Assembly (NCBI RefSeq): GCF_008065095.1
Contig: NZ_CP042911.1
Span: forward strand, 4,890,001-4,922,000
DNA: 32,000 nt
DNA from: Gemmata obscuriglobus
GTDB taxonomy: Bacteria > Planctomycetota > Planctomycetia > Gemmatales > Gemmataceae
Reading direction: 5' to 3'
The notes below the pieces were generated by a model. That model made no database searches. It saw only the letters and a list, made by a program, of their open reading frames with translations, and was not told where the DNA came from. The translations under genes and the position numbers were made by a program. This document shows, in pieces, positions 16,497 through 24,989 of the stretch (the first letter of the stretch is position 1; every line of letters starts with the position of its first letter).

Positions 16497-17915
16497 ATGA
16501 AATCCTGGTTCCGCTCCGAGGACGTGCTATCCGTCCTGATCGGCGTCGCGGTCATCGGCCTCAGTCTGGCCACCCTCACCGGGTGGAACCTGCTCGGCTG
16601 GTCGGTGAAGGTCAACGAATGGGTCGCCCCCGCGCAGGCGCTCGCCCCGTCCTCTCGGGCGTTCGCAGCCCTCACCGGGCCGGGCGCACTGGCTGCCACG
16701 TTCGTCTTCTTGCTCGGGGTGCTGTCCGCGGGCGCGGCGTTCCTCCGGGCGTCCCCCGACCGCTTCGCCGTGCGGTTCGCCGTGCTGTTCGTGCTGGCGT
16801 TCGCCTGCTGGGCGGCGGGACATAATGCCTACATTGCGGCCAACCCGAACAAGTTGCCGCCCGGCGTGTCGTGGTCGCTCGGGCTGACCGGCGAAGCCGG
16901 GTACCTGCTCGCCCTGATCGGCGGCCTGCTGGTCGGGAACTTGGCACCGCAGACCGCGGCGTGGTTCAAAGACGCGGCCCGCCCGGAACTGTTCATCAAG
17001 GCCGGGATCGTGATCTACGGGGCGGTACTCGGGGCGAAGGCCGCCGAAGAATCCGGGCGGGCGACCGCGATCCTGTTCCGCGGGCTGGCGGCGATCGTCG
17101 AGGCGTACTTGATCTACTGGGCGGTGGTCTACCTCCTTGCGCGAAAGGTGTTCGGGTTCAGCCGGGAGTGGGCGGCCCCGCTCGCCTCCGGCATCTCCAT
17201 TTGTGGGGTGACGGCAGCGATCACCACCGGGGCGGCGATCCGCGCCCGGCCGATCGTGCCGGTGATGGTGTCGTCCCTGGTCGTGGTGTTCGCGGTCATT
17301 GAAATGCTGGTTCTGCCGGGCCTGGCCCGCGTGCTGTTGCCGGACGACCCGATGGTGGCGGCCGGGTGGATGGGACTCGCGGTGAAAACGGACGGGGCGG
17401 CCTTCTCCAGCGGGGAGATGACCGCCGGGCTGTACTTCCCGGACCCGAACGACCCGGCGCGGAAGTGGATGGCCCTGACAACGACAACGGTAAAGGTGTT
17501 CATCGACGTGTTCATCGGCGTGTGGGCGGTTGTACTGTCGGTGGTCTGGGCGTGGAAGATCGACAAGCGAGAAGAGAACCGCGGGCTCCCGCTGCGGGAG
17601 ATCTGGGAGCGGTTCCCGAAGTTCGTGTTCGGGTACGCTCTTACGTTCGGCGGATTCTTCGCGACCGGGCTGATCGCCCCGCACGTCATCCCGGCGCTGA
17701 AGCAGGGGACCGATCAGGCGGACGTGTTCCGGCGGCTGTTCTTCGTGCTCACGTTCTTCAGCATCGGGTTGGCGACGAACGTGCGGCGGCTGTGGGCGGA
17801 GGGGCTGGGGCGGCTGGCGCTGGTGTACGTGGTCAGCCTGTTCGGGTTCGTCATCTGGATCGGGCTGGCGATTTCGTGGCTGTTCTTCCACGGGGTCCCG
17901 GCGGGGGGGAAATGA
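16497..17915 (+). CDS. YeiH/UPF0324-family membrane protein (putative sulfate exporter family transporter), long form
   Basis: Multi-pass hydrophobic protein. LFIKAGIVIYGAVLG, ASGISICGVTAAITTGAAI and FFSIGLATNVRRLWAEGLGRLAL parallel the E. coli YeiH motifs LRLGIILYG, GAGSSICGAAA and LGLTT...LKKAG (from memory). ATG 16497 is preferred; the track uses GTG 16464. Confidence 0.7.
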   Translation: MKSWFRSEDVLSVLIGVAVIGLSLATLTGWNLLGWSVKVNEWVAPAQALAPSSRAFAALTGPGALAATFVFLLGVLSAGAAFLRASPDRFAVRFAVLFVLAFACWAAGHNAYIAANPNKLPPGVSWSLGLTGEAGYLLALIGGLLVGNLAPQTAAWFKDAARPELFIKAGIVIYGAVLGAKAAEESGRATAILFRGLAAIVEAYLIYWAVVYLLARKVFGFSREWAAPLASGISICGVTAAITTGAAIRARPIVPVMVSSLVVVFAVIEMLVLPGLARVLLPDDPMVAAGWMGLAVKTDGAAFSSGEMTAGLYFPDPNDPARKWMALTTTTVKVFIDVFIGVWAVVLSVVWAWKIDKREENRGLPLREIWERFPKFVFGYALTFGGFFATGLIAPHVIPALKQGTDQADVFRRLFFVLTFFSIGLATNVRRLWAEGLGRLALVYVVSLFGFVIWIGLAISWLFFHGVPAGGK

Positions 17916-17916
17916 A

Positions 17917-18087
17917 ATGGAGAACCGTCCGTCCGACGCGGACACCGCTCGCGAACTGGCGAAGGTGGAAGCGGAGCCGCTGCTGCCGGCCGAGAAGTGG
18001 CTGATCGGCGGGAGCCTCGCTCTCGGCGTTCTGCTGCTCGGCGTCCTGCTGTGGGTCAGCAAGGTGTGGTTCCCGACCGGCTCGTAA
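17917..18087 (+). CDS. Small (56 aa) single-pass membrane protein, not in the ORF track
   Basis: The ATG lies 1 nt after the transporter stop (ggggggaaaTGAaATGg) with a G-rich SD-like run. Translation: MENRPSDADTARELAKVEAEPLLPAEKWLIGGSLALGVLLLGVLLWVSKVWFPTGS. This gives an acidic N-terminus and one hydrophobic helix. TAA at 18085-18087. Confidence 0.45.
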   Translation: MENRPSDADTARELAKVEAEPLLPAEKWLIGGSLALGVLLLGVLLWVSKVWFPTGS

Positions 18088-18107
18088 GAGGCCGCGCCGA
18101 CAAGGAC

Positions 18108-18905
18108 ATGGTGTGGTTCATGGCGCGCCGACCCGTTGCCCTTCAGCTCTGGACCGTCCGTGACGCGTTCGCCGCGGACGCGGACCGCGCGCTCGCCGCG
18201 GTGAAGGCGGCGGGCTTCTCTGCCGTCGAGTTGGCCCGGCTGCCGCCGGGCCTGGCCCTGGCCTCCCTCGCCGAATCCCTCGACCGCCACGGGCTCGCCG
18301 TCACTTCGATCCACGGCGACCTGCTCACGTCAGAGACGATCGACTATTGGGCGAGTCTCGCCCGTGCGTGCCGGTGCTCGAAGGTCATCTGGCACGGCTG
18401 GCCCCGCGACCCGCGGTTCGACTCCCTCAACGGCGTGAAGGACCTCATCGGTGCCTGCAACGCGGCCGCTACCGTGGCTGGAGACCACGGATTGAAGTTC
18501 GGGGTGCACAACCACTGGTGGGAGTTCGAACCGCTCGACGGCGATCGCCCGATCCGGCTGCTGCATGAGGGCCTGCACCCGGACGTGTTCTGGCAGATCG
18601 ACGTGTACTGGGCGCAGACGGCCGGTTCCGACCCCGCCGCCGTTGTTACGGAGTTGGGGCCACGGGTGCGTTCGCTCCACTGGAAGGACGGCCCGTGTGT
18701 CCACGGGCAACCGATGGTCGCCCTGGGCGAAGGTCAGGTCGATGTTCCGCGAACCTTGCGGGCACTGAGCCAACCGACCGACTGGGTCATCGAACTCGAC
18801 GAATGTGCGACAGACCCGCTGCAAGCCGCAGCACGCAGCCGAGTCTACCTGGAGTCGCTGGCGGGTTCAGAGCCCCAGGGCTGCGCACGGATTGGGGTTG
18901 GGTAA
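18108..18905 (+). CDS. Sugar phosphate isomerase/epimerase (xylose isomerase-like TIM barrel)
   Basis: Motifs LQLWTVRD, AAGFSAVEL, FGVHNHWWEF, DVYW and ELDEC are typical of the AP_endonuc_2 / TIM-barrel family. Start at ATG 18108 or 18120. The track's 17997 start would overlap the small ORF. Confidence 0.8.
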   Translation: MVWFMARRPVALQLWTVRDAFAADADRALAAVKAAGFSAVELARLPPGLALASLAESLDRHGLAVTSIHGDLLTSETIDYWASLARACRCSKVIWHGWPRDPRFDSLNGVKDLIGACNAAATVAGDHGLKFGVHNHWWEFEPLDGDRPIRLLHEGLHPDVFWQIDVYWAQTAGSDPAAVVTELGPRVRSLHWKDGPCVHGQPMVALGEGQVDVPRTLRALSQPTDWVIELDECATDPLQAAARSRVYLESLAGSEPQGCARIGVG

Positions 18906-19466
18906 TTTGAACCTTTTTACCCAGGCCTCAAACCCTTTGGCGTGCTCGGCTATAGTGACCGAGGGGCCGCTCAGGCGCAGGTGGTGCGTTTCGAGCGGCT
19001 CACCTTTCGCATCTTTCTCCTCGACGATCACCCAGATCACGCGCCAGTCTTCGAGCAACATCTCTTTCGACTTGGGATCGAACGGCCGCTCCTTGTACTT
19101 CCACGTGCCCGTCACGTCGAGCACGTTGACGGTGGCACCTTTGACCTCCCACTTCGCGGTCTTGCTGATGTCGTCCGCGGTCTTGCCTTCGGGCACGGCG
19201 AACGTGTTCTTCCACTTGGGAAAGTTCTTGTCGGCACCCGGCAGGCTCTCGTTCATCACCGACAGTTCGGCCTCGGGGTGATCCTTCGCCCCCGGGAGTT
19301 TGAACTGGTAGGTGCGAAACCGGTTCGCCGGCTTTTCGCTCTTCCAGCCGGCCGGCGCTGGCGCCGACAGCTTATTGAGTTTGACGACGACAGTTTTTTC
19401 GTCGGCGCCCGTCGCGACACCCACCAGAATCAGCGCACCGAGCGCAGTCAAATGAACCAGACGCAT
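18867..19466 (-). CDS. Secreted hypothetical protein
   Basis: ATG 19466 has a GGAG upstream. MRLVHLTALGALILVGVATGA looks like a signal peptide. The Lys/Glu-rich, lower-GC codon usage is unlike a shadow ORF. No family recognised. Confidence 0.65.
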   Translation of the reverse strand: MRLVHLTALGALILVGVATGADEKTVVVKLNKLSAPAPAGWKSEKPANRFRTYQFKLPGAKDHPEAELSVMNESLPGADKNFPKWKNTFAVPEGKTADDISKTAKWEVKGATVNVLDVTGTWKYKERPFDPKSKEMLLEDWRVIWVIVEEKDAKGEPLETHHLRLSGPSVTIAEHAKGFEAWVKRFKLPNPNPCAALGL

Positions 19467-19537
19467 TACAGTAGCTCCGATCAAAAGAGACAGAGCGGGA
19501 GAGGCAGGGCCGCGCCCGTCGGTGCGGCCCGAGTGGG

Positions 19538-22500
19538 CTACTTCCGCGGCACGACCTTCACTTCCTCGGCGGAGGTCAGGCTGAAATAGAACCCGTGCGG
19601 GTTGTTGCCGTTGGCCACCTTCAGGAGCACGGCGTTCTTACCCTTCGCGAGTTTCACCGCGAACTTGTGCGCTTCTGGTGATGCCGCCTTCGACTCGCGT
19701 GAGGTGAACACCTCTTTCCCGTTCAGCCAGAGTTTCGCCCCGTCGTCCGGCCCGAGCAGCACCTCGGCACCCTGCTCCGCCGGCGAGTCCACTTCAACGT
19801 ACATGTAGGACGCGGAGTTGAGTCCCGCGCGGCCGTGCGTCCCGGCGAGGTCGAAATAGCCCTTCCCGTCTGGCCGGAGCGTCTTCCAACCGATGGACGT
19901 GCCCCCCTTCATGGTCCAGGTCGCTTTCGGGTCGAACGCAGCCGCTTCCGGTTCGAAAGCGGTGTCGAGCGCCTTGTTCATGCTCTCCGCCGGAAAGGGA
20001 CCGGCAACAGCGAAGCTGTCCGGGGTGAGCGCCGCCGTCTTCAGCGTCTCAAGATAGGCAACGAGATCCACCAGTTCCTCTTCGTTGAGCGCGGTGACGA
20101 TGTCGTCCGGCATCAACGAGTTCTTGAGCTTGCGCACCGCACCGTCGATGTCCGTCTTGGCGATGGTAGTGTCCTTGCCGTTCGCATCGCGAAGGGTGAT
20201 CGCGTCGGCACTATCGCCCACCAGCAACCCGCTCACGACCACGTCGGCGTTGGTGGTGACGGCGTGGGGGATGTACTGATCGGCGATCGCTTTCGACGGG
20301 TTGAGGAGCGATTCATACAGGTTCTCGCGACTGGCCTTCTTGCCGATCATCGAGAGGTCGGGGCCGATCTGCCCGCCGACGCCGCGCACCATGTGGCACT
20401 TCGCGCACTGCGCCGTCCCAGTGATGCTCGCGTTCCACACGGCCTTGCCGCGGGCGGCGTCGCCCTGGCGCCGCGCCAAATCGGCCACGGCGGGGAGGTT
20501 CTTGGGGTTCAGCTTGGCGGGCGCCGGGAACAGCAGCAGCGCCCGGTTCCGCTCGCCCTGGAACGGCGAGTTGCGGAGCAGTTGCCCCGCTTGTGACACC
20601 AGCTCTTTCGGTAACGAGGCCTTCTGGTGCGTGTCGAGGAGCCATTGCGTACCGGACCGGTTGCCAGCGAGAGCGGTAAGGGCGGCCGACTTCAGTTCCG
20701 GGGTGCCGCGGTCGCCGGCGTTGATCGCGCGCACCAGCGCATCGAGCGCAACCGCTGTGTGCTTGGATGGCTTCGGCCCGCTGGGAAGCAGTTCGCCGAG
20801 CGCCTGCACGCACGCCACCGAAAGCGGGTTCTCCGGGCTACCGATGTCGATCAGCGCGGACACGCTCGTATCGTCCTTGATCTTCCCGAGCGCGCGAACC
20901 GCCTCTTTCCGTAGGTCGAGTGAGGTATCCTTATTTTTCGCGATATCGGCCACCGCACTAACGTAATCCGCGGACCCGATTGCCGCCGCCAGTTGCAAGC
21001 CCGTGCCCAGCGACTTCGGCTCTGAGAGAAGGGAGCGGACCTGTTCCGTTAGTTCCTTGCTCCCCTGGAGTGCTTTCCATTTGGTGGGAAGGAAGAGCTT
21101 TAAACTTTCGACCGCACGGCCCTTCACTTCCGGCACCGCGTCCGACTTCAGCACCGCAAGCATCGCCTGACCCGCGGAAGGGTCGTCATTGGACGCGATG
21201 ATGTCCACGATGCGCGACTTTTGGGCCGCGGTCAGCTTGCCGTCGCTCAGGAGTTTGCCGAGTCGTGGCAGCACGGACTTGGGCCGCAGTTCCCACACGA
21301 GGTCCGCGACCTTGTCGTTCCACTCCGGGAAGTGCTTGTCGAAATCGGCCAGGATCGCATCACGCCGAACCGGATCGGTGCCGCACGCGATGTTGAGAGC
21401 GGCACGATAGAAGTGATCTTGGCCGTCGTACTCATGGGCGAGTCGGTAGAAGTGCAGGAGCGCGTGCGGCGCGTCGGCATGTCTCAGTTCAAGTAGAACG
21501 TCGCGGCGGACAGCGACGGCCGAGTCGCCGGCTACTCCAACCGCCCCGCGGCGATCCCTTCGATGAGCGGTGGAGGCCGCAAGAGCGCGGTTCATGGCGT
21601 TTGCGAAGTCGGCATTGCCGACGGCCGTCTCAACGAGAACGGTAGGGCCGCCGATCGGCTGCACAAAATTCTTGAACATCTGCAGCGGCGTCCCGGTGTA
21701 ATACAGCGGCCAGAGGAGTCGCGCCCGCACCCGTAGGTCTGGAAACCCCTTCCACAGATCGGTCATAGCTGAGAAAGCATCGATCGCGTCACGCGTCTTC
21801 AGGTGCGCAAGTGCCCCATACCGGGTCGCGAGGTTGGGTGAGGAGAACGCCACCAGTACGCCCTCTTTCGCATCGAGCTTCACCTCGGGCACCTTGTACC
21901 CCGTGTGGCCCTTCGGGGTGATGCGGTAGATGCGGCCGTCGGTCGGGTCGCCCATCCCGTGCCCGCCGACGCCGCGGTCGTACCAGTCGGCCACGATGAT
22001 GCTGCCGTCCGGCGCCACGCATACGTCCGACGGGCGGAACCAGTTGTCGCTGCTGGTGAGCAGGATCTCCTTTTCAAGCTCGTACCCGGCCCCCTTCGGC
22101 TTGCGATGGAACCACCGCACCTCGCGCGGCCCGGCGTCGCAGTGGAGCAGCGAACCGCGGTACTTCTTGGCGAAGAGGTCGCCTTCGTAGAACGTGATCC
22201 CGGTTGGGCTGCCGAACCCGGTTCGGAGCGTCTTGTGGACAATCCCAGGTTGTTCTTCATGCCAGTGCGATTGACCGGGGCCGCGCGGGCCGTACCCGTA
22301 GTTCCCGCCGGGCATCACGAAGCAGATGCGCGTCTGCTGGTTGCCGTCGTCGTCGTTGTCGGAGAGCCACACCTCGCCGAAACTGTCCACGCAGGCTTCG
22401 TAATTGTTCCGGAAGTTGTGCGCGATGAGTTCCAGGTTGGTGCCGTCTGTGTCGCAGCGCCAGACCGTGCCTTTTTGCACGTCGGTGGTATTGGACACCC

Positions 22501-23119
22501 ACTTCTTGCCCTTACCATCGGCCGATTGCAGACCGGTGACGCCGCTGTCGCCGACCGTGAAGTACAGTTTCCCGTCGGGGCCGATGTTGATGCCGTGGAC
22601 GCCGTGGTCGTGGTCGAACCCGCCGAACCCGGTGAGAAACTTCTTCGGCGCGCCGTCGGCCTTCAGGTCGCCGTCCTTATCCTCGAACACGAGAATGTCC
22701 GGCGACTGACACACGAACACCTTCTGCCCCTTACCGTCCGCATACGGGAGCACGCACACGCCGAGCGGGCCGTAAAGCTCCTCGCCCTGGTAGAACGTGA
22801 CCGCCTTCGACGCCTTACCTTCGCCCTTCTCGTCCACCAGCACCTGAATGCGGTCGCCCTCCTTGCGAATGATCGGCCGCCCGAAGTTCTTGCGCCGGTA
22901 GTTGACGGCCTCAGCGACCCACACCCGCCCTTTGTGGTCCACATCAATGGAGGTGGGGTTGATCAGCATCGGCTCGGCCGCGAACAACTCCACCTGGAAA
23001 CCATCTGCGACTTTTAGTGCTTTCAGCGCGTCGTCGGGCGAAAGCGGTCCGCCCTTCGGCTGTGCGGACACGGGCGCCCCGAGCAAGAGTAACGCGACGA
23101 GACATACGAACCGTGGCAT
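19538..23119 (-). CDS. PVC-type heme-binding CxxCH protein (membrane-bound-dehydrogenase-like N-domain, HEAT-like repeats, cytochrome c domain, C-terminal beta-sandwich)
   Basis: Signal peptide MPRFVCLVALLLLGAPVSA. N-terminal block VADGFQVELFAAEPMLINPTSIDVDHKGRVWVAE. Heme motif CAKCH (nt 20393-20407), followed by GGQIGPDLS. 1193 aa. Confidence 0.9.
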   Translation of the reverse strand: MPRFVCLVALLLLGAPVSAQPKGGPLSPDDALKALKVADGFQVELFAAEPMLINPTSIDVDHKGRVWVAEAVNYRRKNFGRPIIRKEGDRIQVLVDEKGEGKASKAVTFYQGEELYGPLGVCVLPYADGKGQKVFVCQSPDILVFEDKDGDLKADGAPKKFLTGFGGFDHDHGVHGINIGPDGKLYFTVGDSGVTGLQSADGKGKKWVSNTTDVQKGTVWRCDTDGTNLELIAHNFRNNYEACVDSFGEVWLSDNDDDGNQQTRICFVMPGGNYGYGPRGPGQSHWHEEQPGIVHKTLRTGFGSPTGITFYEGDLFAKKYRGSLLHCDAGPREVRWFHRKPKGAGYELEKEILLTSSDNWFRPSDVCVAPDGSIIVADWYDRGVGGHGMGDPTDGRIYRITPKGHTGYKVPEVKLDAKEGVLVAFSSPNLATRYGALAHLKTRDAIDAFSAMTDLWKGFPDLRVRARLLWPLYYTGTPLQMFKNFVQPIGGPTVLVETAVGNADFANAMNRALAASTAHRRDRRGAVGVAGDSAVAVRRDVLLELRHADAPHALLHFYRLAHEYDGQDHFYRAALNIACGTDPVRRDAILADFDKHFPEWNDKVADLVWELRPKSVLPRLGKLLSDGKLTAAQKSRIVDIIASNDDPSAGQAMLAVLKSDAVPEVKGRAVESLKLFLPTKWKALQGSKELTEQVRSLLSEPKSLGTGLQLAAAIGSADYVSAVADIAKNKDTSLDLRKEAVRALGKIKDDTSVSALIDIGSPENPLSVACVQALGELLPSGPKPSKHTAVALDALVRAINAGDRGTPELKSAALTALAGNRSGTQWLLDTHQKASLPKELVSQAGQLLRNSPFQGERNRALLLFPAPAKLNPKNLPAVADLARRQGDAARGKAVWNASITGTAQCAKCHMVRGVGGQIGPDLSMIGKKASRENLYESLLNPSKAIADQYIPHAVTTNADVVVSGLLVGDSADAITLRDANGKDTTIAKTDIDGAVRKLKNSLMPDDIVTALNEEELVDLVAYLETLKTAALTPDSFAVAGPFPAESMNKALDTAFEPEAAAFDPKATWTMKGGTSIGWKTLRPDGKGYFDLAGTHGRAGLNSASYMYVEVDSPAEQGAEVLLGPDDGAKLWLNGKEVFTSRESKAASPEAHKFAVKLAKGKNAVLLKVANGNNPHGFYFSLTSAEEVKVVPRK

Positions 23120-23448
23120 AGGCGAAGCTCCGGAGAGGGACTGGAGGAGTTCGGCAGGGGTCGGCAGGCGGGAGCCAGTCTACCGCAGGCGCCAGCCGAT
23201 TCCCAGCGCGGCGGCTCGCCGCCGCCGATGTTCCGAGCGGTTGGAACCTCAACGCCCTATCCGCCTCGTATTTTCCCGACATACCGAACATTTCGCGCGC
23301 TCCCGTCTACGCCTTAATCTCATTTTTCGTCACTGGCGCGAACGCGCGCCACTACGGATGCGCCGCCCGCGTTGGATTGTGGCGTTTTTTCGACCTAGAG
23401 TTGGGCGCCCCAACCCACCCCGCCGGGGAGCCGAGCGAGCGAAATTTC

Positions 23449-24843
23449 ATGATCGGCCGCGTATTCATGGGTCGGTACGAAACGAGGCGGCAGCTCGGCG
23501 AGGGCGGCATGGGCAGGGTGTACCTCGCGCGCCAGCTCGATCTGGGCCGAGAGGTGGTCGTCAAGGTCATGCACGAGCAGATCGCCGCCGACCCCAAATT
23601 CCGCGACCGCTTCCTGCGCGAAACCCTGCTGATGGCCCGGTTCCAGCACCCCGGCGCCGTCACCCTCTATGATGCCACGCTCGACGACCCGCTCGGGCCG
23701 TGCATCATCATGGAGTACGTTAAGGGTGTGAACCTCGAGTCGCTGCTGCTCAAAAACAAGCGCATGAGCGCCCCGCGCGTGGGGCGGATCATCGGTGAGT
23801 TGTGCGAGGTCCTCCAGGCGGCCCATGACGAGGGCATCATCCACCGCGATCTGAAGCCCGCGAACCTCATGGTGGTCGACGCCGACACCCCGCGCGAGCG
23901 CATCAAGGTCATGGACTTCGGTCTTGCGAAGCTGATCGAGGGCGAGCCGACCACCCGCAAGGTGACCGACACGAACGTCGATTTCGCGGTCGGCACCCCC
24001 GGCTACATCTGCCCCGAGCAGGTGCGCGGCGAGGAAATGGACCACCGCGGCGACCTGTACAGCGTCGGCGTCATGATGTACGAGCTGCTCACCGGTCGGC
24101 TCCCGTTCAACGGGCCGACCAGCATGGACATCCTGCTGGCCCACGCCACCGAGTACGCCCCCACGTTCGCCGAACTCGGGCTGACGGGGTGGGTGCCGAC
24201 GGAAATCGAAGAGCTGGTGTTCGACACCCTCGCGAAGGACCCCGACGACCGCCCCCAGGCGGCCCGGGAACTCGCCGAGCGGTTCGACACCGCGCTGAAC
24301 CGCGCGCAGGTGAAAGCGGAGGCCCGGAGTTCGGTCCCGCCGCAATCGCACAGCGGGCTGCGGGCGCCGGCGTCGCACTCCGGGCTGACCTTCCCTCCCC
24401 AGTCCGCATCGGTCGTAGCGACCCCGCCGCCGGCGTCCGCGCTCACCCAGACGGGCACGTCGCGGGACAACGCCGCGCTCCCATTTCACATGGAAGCGTG
24501 GATGCCGGAAAGCATCGCGATCATGAAGCTCCGCGGGTTCGTTCACGACGCCGGCGGCGAGGTGGTCGAGAGCGTCCCGGGTCTGATCAAGGTGCGCCTC
24601 GGCGGGCGCAAGACGCCCACCGGCGGCCCGCTCTCGTGGCTCGGGCTGCGCCGCTCCGCCAGCCCCATCGACGTCGAACTCCACCTCCACCACCTGGACC
24701 CGACCAAGGACAACAGCCTCACGGTCCACGTTCTGTTCCGCCCGTCGCACCCGGCGCTGCTCACCGACCGCAACTGGCGCCAGCGCTGCACGCAGGTGTT
24801 CATCGAGCTGCGCTCGTACCTCATGGGCCGCGCGCCGGATTGA
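23449..24843 (+). CDS. Hanks-type Ser/Thr protein kinase with an uncharacterised C-terminal domain
   Basis: Motifs GEGGMGRVYLARQ, VVKVM, HRDLKPANLMV, DFGLAK and GTPGYICPEQ. ATG 23449 is preferred over the track's 23377. Confidence 0.9.
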   Translation: MIGRVFMGRYETRRQLGEGGMGRVYLARQLDLGREVVVKVMHEQIAADPKFRDRFLRETLLMARFQHPGAVTLYDATLDDPLGPCIIMEYVKGVNLESLLLKNKRMSAPRVGRIIGELCEVLQAAHDEGIIHRDLKPANLMVVDADTPRERIKVMDFGLAKLIEGEPTTRKVTDTNVDFAVGTPGYICPEQVRGEEMDHRGDLYSVGVMMYELLTGRLPFNGPTSMDILLAHATEYAPTFAELGLTGWVPTEIEELVFDTLAKDPDDRPQAARELAERFDTALNRAQVKAEARSSVPPQSHSGLRAPASHSGLTFPPQSASVVATPPPASALTQTGTSRDNAALPFHMEAWMPESIAIMKLRGFVHDAGGEVVESVPGLIKVRLGGRKTPTGGPLSWLGLRRSASPIDVELHLHHLDPTKDNSLTVHVLFRPSHPALLTDRNWRQRCTQVFIELRSYLMGRAPD

Positions 24844-24873
24844 ACCCGGCTCGCCATGTGAACCGGGGTTATC

Positions 24874-24895
24874 TCGCTCTCGGAACCGAGAGCGA
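24874..24895. terminator. Perfect 10-bp palindromic hairpin between convergent kinase and lysC genes (no U-tract)
   Basis: tcgctctcgg (24874-24883), aa, then ccgagagcga (24886-24895). It lies 31 nt after the kinase stop and 95 nt after the lysC stop. Confidence 0.3.
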
Positions 24896-24989
24896 ATCGT
24901 GTCCCAGTCGGTGGATGATTCCTGTCGGATTTTCATTAGCGCGGGCGCCTTTCACGGACCGAGCCCCGGCGGACCGTGCAGCTCCGGCC

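Noticed and set aside
16527-18314. 595-aa minus-strand ORF opposite the YeiH-like transporter. Similar cases: 27136-28743 (minus, 535 aa), 6489-7856 (minus, 455 aa), 1415-2536 (minus, 373 aa), 3544-4653 (minus, 369 aa), 21905-23017 (plus, 370 aa)
   Set aside because: All lie antisense to genes with recognisable families and have shadow-type Arg/Pro/Gly-rich composition.
16238-18911. Shared gggtaatttga 11-mer at 16239-16249 and 18901-18911
   Set aside because: An 11-nt match is expected by chance many times in 32 kb. The contexts differ: an intergenic promoter-like patch versus a gene 3' end.
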